Assembly (NCBI GenBank): GCA_965178125.1
Contig: OZ237752.1
Location: 1-64,000 of the forward strand
DNA from: Bilabrum cf. latius
Lineage: Eukaryota
Direction of reading: 5' to 3'
DNA length: 64,000 nt
The notes below the pieces were generated by a model. That model saw only the letters and a list, made by a program, of their open reading frames with translations. It searched no databases and was not told the DNA's origin. Position numbers and translations under genes: made by a program. The stretch's first letter is position 1. Every line of letters starts with the position of its first letter. Of this stretch, positions 60,413-64,000 are shown piece by piece.

Positions 60413-63400
60413 ATGCCTACCAGCCGCGGGAGAGCGCAAGGCGCGCAGCTCCCATATGCAACGAACAAAACCTTGCCGGGCGAGCCCCCGAGCCTACAAC
60501 GCCCAGCTAGAAATTCTACACGACGCACAGCAAGATTGTTGCTTACTATTTTCGTGCTTGCGCGGTGCGAGGCCTTTTTGCCTCAGGACTAGTCGAAAAC
60601 GGAGACGGATCACATCTTTGGGTGAGGAAGACTTATCTCAAGAAAATGCACGATGAAACAATTTAAAATCCCGCCCGAGCCGGCACAGCGTATTTTGGTT
60701 TAACGCTGTTCTCCGCGCGCGCACAGGCACTCGACCCCTACCTATAGTCCGCAGCCAGCGGCTGGGCGGCAAGCAGCAATGCTTGATGAGTACCAGCCGC
60801 CGGCGCTAGGATAGCACAAGCACTGGCAGCATGCAAAACGCCAGCTGTCAGAATCATCTAGCATCTATCACCGCACTATCGATCTGAGCAACAGCGACGG
60901 CAAATGGGTCACGGAAACGCAGGCGCATACGGTGAACGGTAGGCAGTTTAGCACAGCGAGCGCCACGGTGGTCGACCGCAAAGTCACCCTCTCACAGACA
61001 CAGTGTGCCGAGGCGAGGGCCTACGTGTCTCTGGGCAAACTGGAGGGCGATGTTTCCTTCGCATACAATGCCACCATGACCAAGACAAACTTATACACGC
61101 AGCAGTTCCATGTATACCTCGTGGCAGGGCAGGACCTGACAAACTCAACGATGCTTGCTGGAAAGTCTTGGGATGTAACGGCCAGAAGGGTCCACACCCT
61201 GCGCGCACTTGGGTTGCAGGGCGATCAGCAGGTGTGGATTTTGATCCGGTCGTGGGCCTACAACGCCGACTATTATGGCTGCCGCCCTGCTCATCTAATC
61301 TACAACACCGTGCCGGGGCCTCCAAAGTGCGGAACCGAATCTTATTGTTCCTCAAGCCCCCACGGCACTGGCGTGCTGACTGTGGACTTTGAAAAATGGA
61401 GTCTCCAGGTACAATTCAGGCCGACCCCAAGCCCAACCACAACTCCGTCCCCGACCCCGACCCCGACCCCGACCCCGAGCCCGTAGTGGTTCGTCGGGCT
61501 TTCCGAGGACGAGTACGTGGTGGATCCTGCCAGCGTGCCCGCGGGGTGGTCCTTGGCGACGGAGGCACACGTGGTTGATGGGACCCTGTACGACGACGCA
61601 GAGGCGGTGTTGCCTGACTCTGGCGGCAACCGTTCCGTGCACCTGCAGCAGTCGGGGTGTGCCTCTGCCCGTGCGACACTCGCCCTCGGGTACTTGCAGG
61701 GTGACGTGGTGGCCATCCTGAGCTTTGACTGGATTGCCAATGTAATGGAGCCGCCCGCGGAGCTGCACTTCATGCTGCTGGCTGGCAGTACTTTGCTGGC
61801 CGGGGGGTAGGCCACCTCTCGGGGGTTGGGGCAGTCGGTCTCCCTGCGTGCGGCTGGGCTGGATGGCACTCGGCGCATTGACCTGCTGGTGCGGCTGTGG
61901 CCCATCAGCGCCAACTACTACGGGTGTCCAGGGGAGGGCCCTCACATCGTGCGGCAGCCTCCTTATCGATCAACCTCGTGCGGGGTGCTGCCGCAGTCCA
62001 ACTGCACCCTGGCGATCGGCAGCAGCACCTCGGCCACTGTGCGGATCGCGCCCCAGAGCATCAAGGGCGACGACGGGGGCGGAGAGGAGCTGACGGGCGT
62101 TGACCTGCTGTCCATGGCGGGCGCAGATCTTGTGTTCGGGTTCAACGGCACGGGGTGCGGGGAGGCAGGCGAGGCGTGCGCAGCAGGTGCGCGGGCTTTT
62201 GGGGCCAACTGCACGGACATCATGGGTCTCCCTGGTGGTGGCGTTGGCTGCGGCCTCCGTGGGGTGGATCGGCTGCGGGTTGGGTCAGAGCAGGAGTCTG
62301 CTCTGATCCGGAGGCGGGGCTCGGGGCCACATCGCGTGCTCGCGTATCTGGATGTGGCTGGAGGAGTGCCGGCGGCCGCGACGGAGCTACGACATCAGAA
62401 GATATCAGCCACCCAGGGCGGCTTCACGGGGCAGCTGGATAATGGTGACTACTTCGGCATTTCTGTGGCATCGCTGGGGGACCTGGACGGAGACGGGGTG
62501 GTGGATATGGCTGTAGGGGCAGTGAATGACGGTGATGGGGCCTCTGGTAGAGATGCGGCGTGGGTGCTGTTCCTTCGATCCAACGGCACGGTGAAGTCGC
62601 ATCAGAAGATATCAGCCACCCAGGGCGGCTTCACGGGGCAGCTGGATGATAATGACAGGTTCGGCTTTTCTGTGGCATCGCTGGGAGACCTGGACGGAGA
62701 CGGGGTGGTGGATATGGCTGTAGGGGCAGTGAATGACGATGATGGGGGCAATTATAGAGGGGCTGTGTGGGTGCTGTTCCTTCGATCCAACGGCACGGTG
62801 AAGTCGCATCAGAAGATATCAGCCACCCAGGGCGGCTTCACGGGGCAGCTGGATGACTATGACTACTTCGGCTTTTCTGTGGCATCGCTGGGGGACCTGA
62901 ACGGAGACGGTGTGGTGGATATGGCTGTAGGGGCAGTGCATGACGATGATGGGGGCAATTATGGAGGGGCTGTGTGGGTGCTGTTCCTTCGATCCAACGG
63001 CACGGTGAAGTCGCATCAGAAGATATCAGCCACCCAGGGCGGCTTCACGGGGTAGCTGGATGATGATGACTGGTTCGGCATTTCTGTGGCATCGCTGGGA
63101 GACCTGGACGGAGACGGTGTGGTGGACATGGCTGTGGGGGCACTGAATGACGATGATGGGGGCTCTAGTACGGGTGCGGCGTGGGTGCTGTTCCTTCGAT
63201 CCAACGGCACGGTGAAGTCGCATCAGAAGATATCAGCCACCCAGGGCGGCTTCACGGGGTAGCTGGATAATGGTGACAACTTCGGCGTTTCTGCGGCATC
63301 GCTGGGAGACCTGAACGGAGACGGGGTGGTGGACATGGCCGTGGGGGCACATCAAGATAATGATGGGGGCTCTGGTAGGGGTGCGGCGTGGGTGCTGTTC

Positions 63401-64000
63401 CTTCGATCCAACGGCACGGTGAAGTCGCATCAGAAGATATCAGCCACCCAGGGCGGCTTCACGGGGCAGCTGGATGACTATGACTACTTCGGCTTTTCTG
63501 TGGCATCGCTGGGAGACCTGGACGGAGACGGTGTGGTGGATATGGCCGTGGTAGCACATCAAGATAATGATGGGGGCTCTGGTAGGGGTGCGGTGTGGGT
63601 TCTTTTTATGAACAACAGCCATGTGGCCCGAGCTCAATACCCCTAGATCTCACAGCCGTTGCCACCCAGCCAAGCGCATGCCATAGAAGGCTCGGCAACC
63701 AGACTGCAGGGAGGTGCTTGCTCTTTGGAGTCCTCGATTGGAGCCGTAGGTGGCAGTAATTCTCATGTGATCGTGCTGGAAGCCTCATGTGACTCGATGG
63801 CATCTGGCGGGGCTGGCATGCAAGACGCAAGCCAGGTGCACCACTCGTGGCTCTCTCGAGGAGGGTATCGCGTAAGGATGGGTGTCGGGTACGGATCTAG
63901 CGCGCCGACCCTATCTGAGCCTGGCACCTCCCCGGATGCAGTCCTGCTGCAGGGGAGCGCAGTGTGCTCCCTTGGGGACTCGAGGCAGGGCGATGGCAGT
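60413..64000 (+). CDS. Large FG-GAP repeat surface protein, running off the window
   Basis: One frame from about 60750 to the window end, interrupted only by TAG (60812, 61484, 61808, 63053, 63260, 63644). The 5' exon 60413-60621, with TAG at 60590, is tentative. Contains a PT linker and six FG-GAP units. Confidence 0.8.
62393..63610 (+). repeat. Six 207-bp (69-aa) FG-GAP coding repeats
   Basis: HQKISATQGGFTGxLD..D.FG.SVASLGDLDGDGVVDMAVGA...GA.WVLFL starting at 62393, 62600, 62807, 63014, 63221 and 63428. Confidence 0.95.

Noticed and set aside
3257-64000. Mass subtelomeric pseudogenisation as the cause of internal stops
   Set aside because: Stops are exclusively TAG, motifs and splice sites are intact, and essential genes are affected.
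3257-64000. Pyrrolysine or programmed leaky readthrough
   Set aside because: Too many sites per gene, including tandem TAGs, with no shared context. The sites correspond to Gln.
1-64000. Suppressor tRNA-Gln(CUA) or eRF1 gene in this window
   Set aside because: No cloverleaf was found around the GTTCGA occurrences I checked, and no eRF1-like ORF was seen. They must be sought elsewhere in the genome.

Overview
This is the left end of a chromosome from a GC-rich, gene-dense unicellular eukaryote, with (CCCTAA)n telomere repeats and short GT-AG introns. The gene style is reminiscent of heterotrophic stramenopiles such as bicosoecids, but that is an unverified impression. The end is doubled: a telomere tract, a 155-bp satellite, then a second telomere tract, followed almost immediately by about 26 tightly packed genes. 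Main result: the nuclear genetic code appears non-standard, with TAG read as glutamine while TAA and TGA remain stops. My manual gene models contain 59 in-frame TAGs in 18 of 26 genes and no internal TAA or TGA. The one exception is a TGA explained by a 1-nt frameshift at ~49263. All 25 complete genes end in TGA (22) or TAA (3). TAG swaps with CAG between repeat copies and paralogs, and it sits at conserved Gln positions (AKR SPAQV, Nup62 FRKQA, Skp1 LVSQEG). The supplied ORF track therefore fragments most genes. Other points of interest: a Nup62-like protein with acidic Trp motifs instead of FG repeats, a very divergent and expanded eIF3c, a sulfatase with an inserted PAN/apple domain, and an unexplained 1.8-kb island with degenerate inverted ends. 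All gene models and counts were made by eye.
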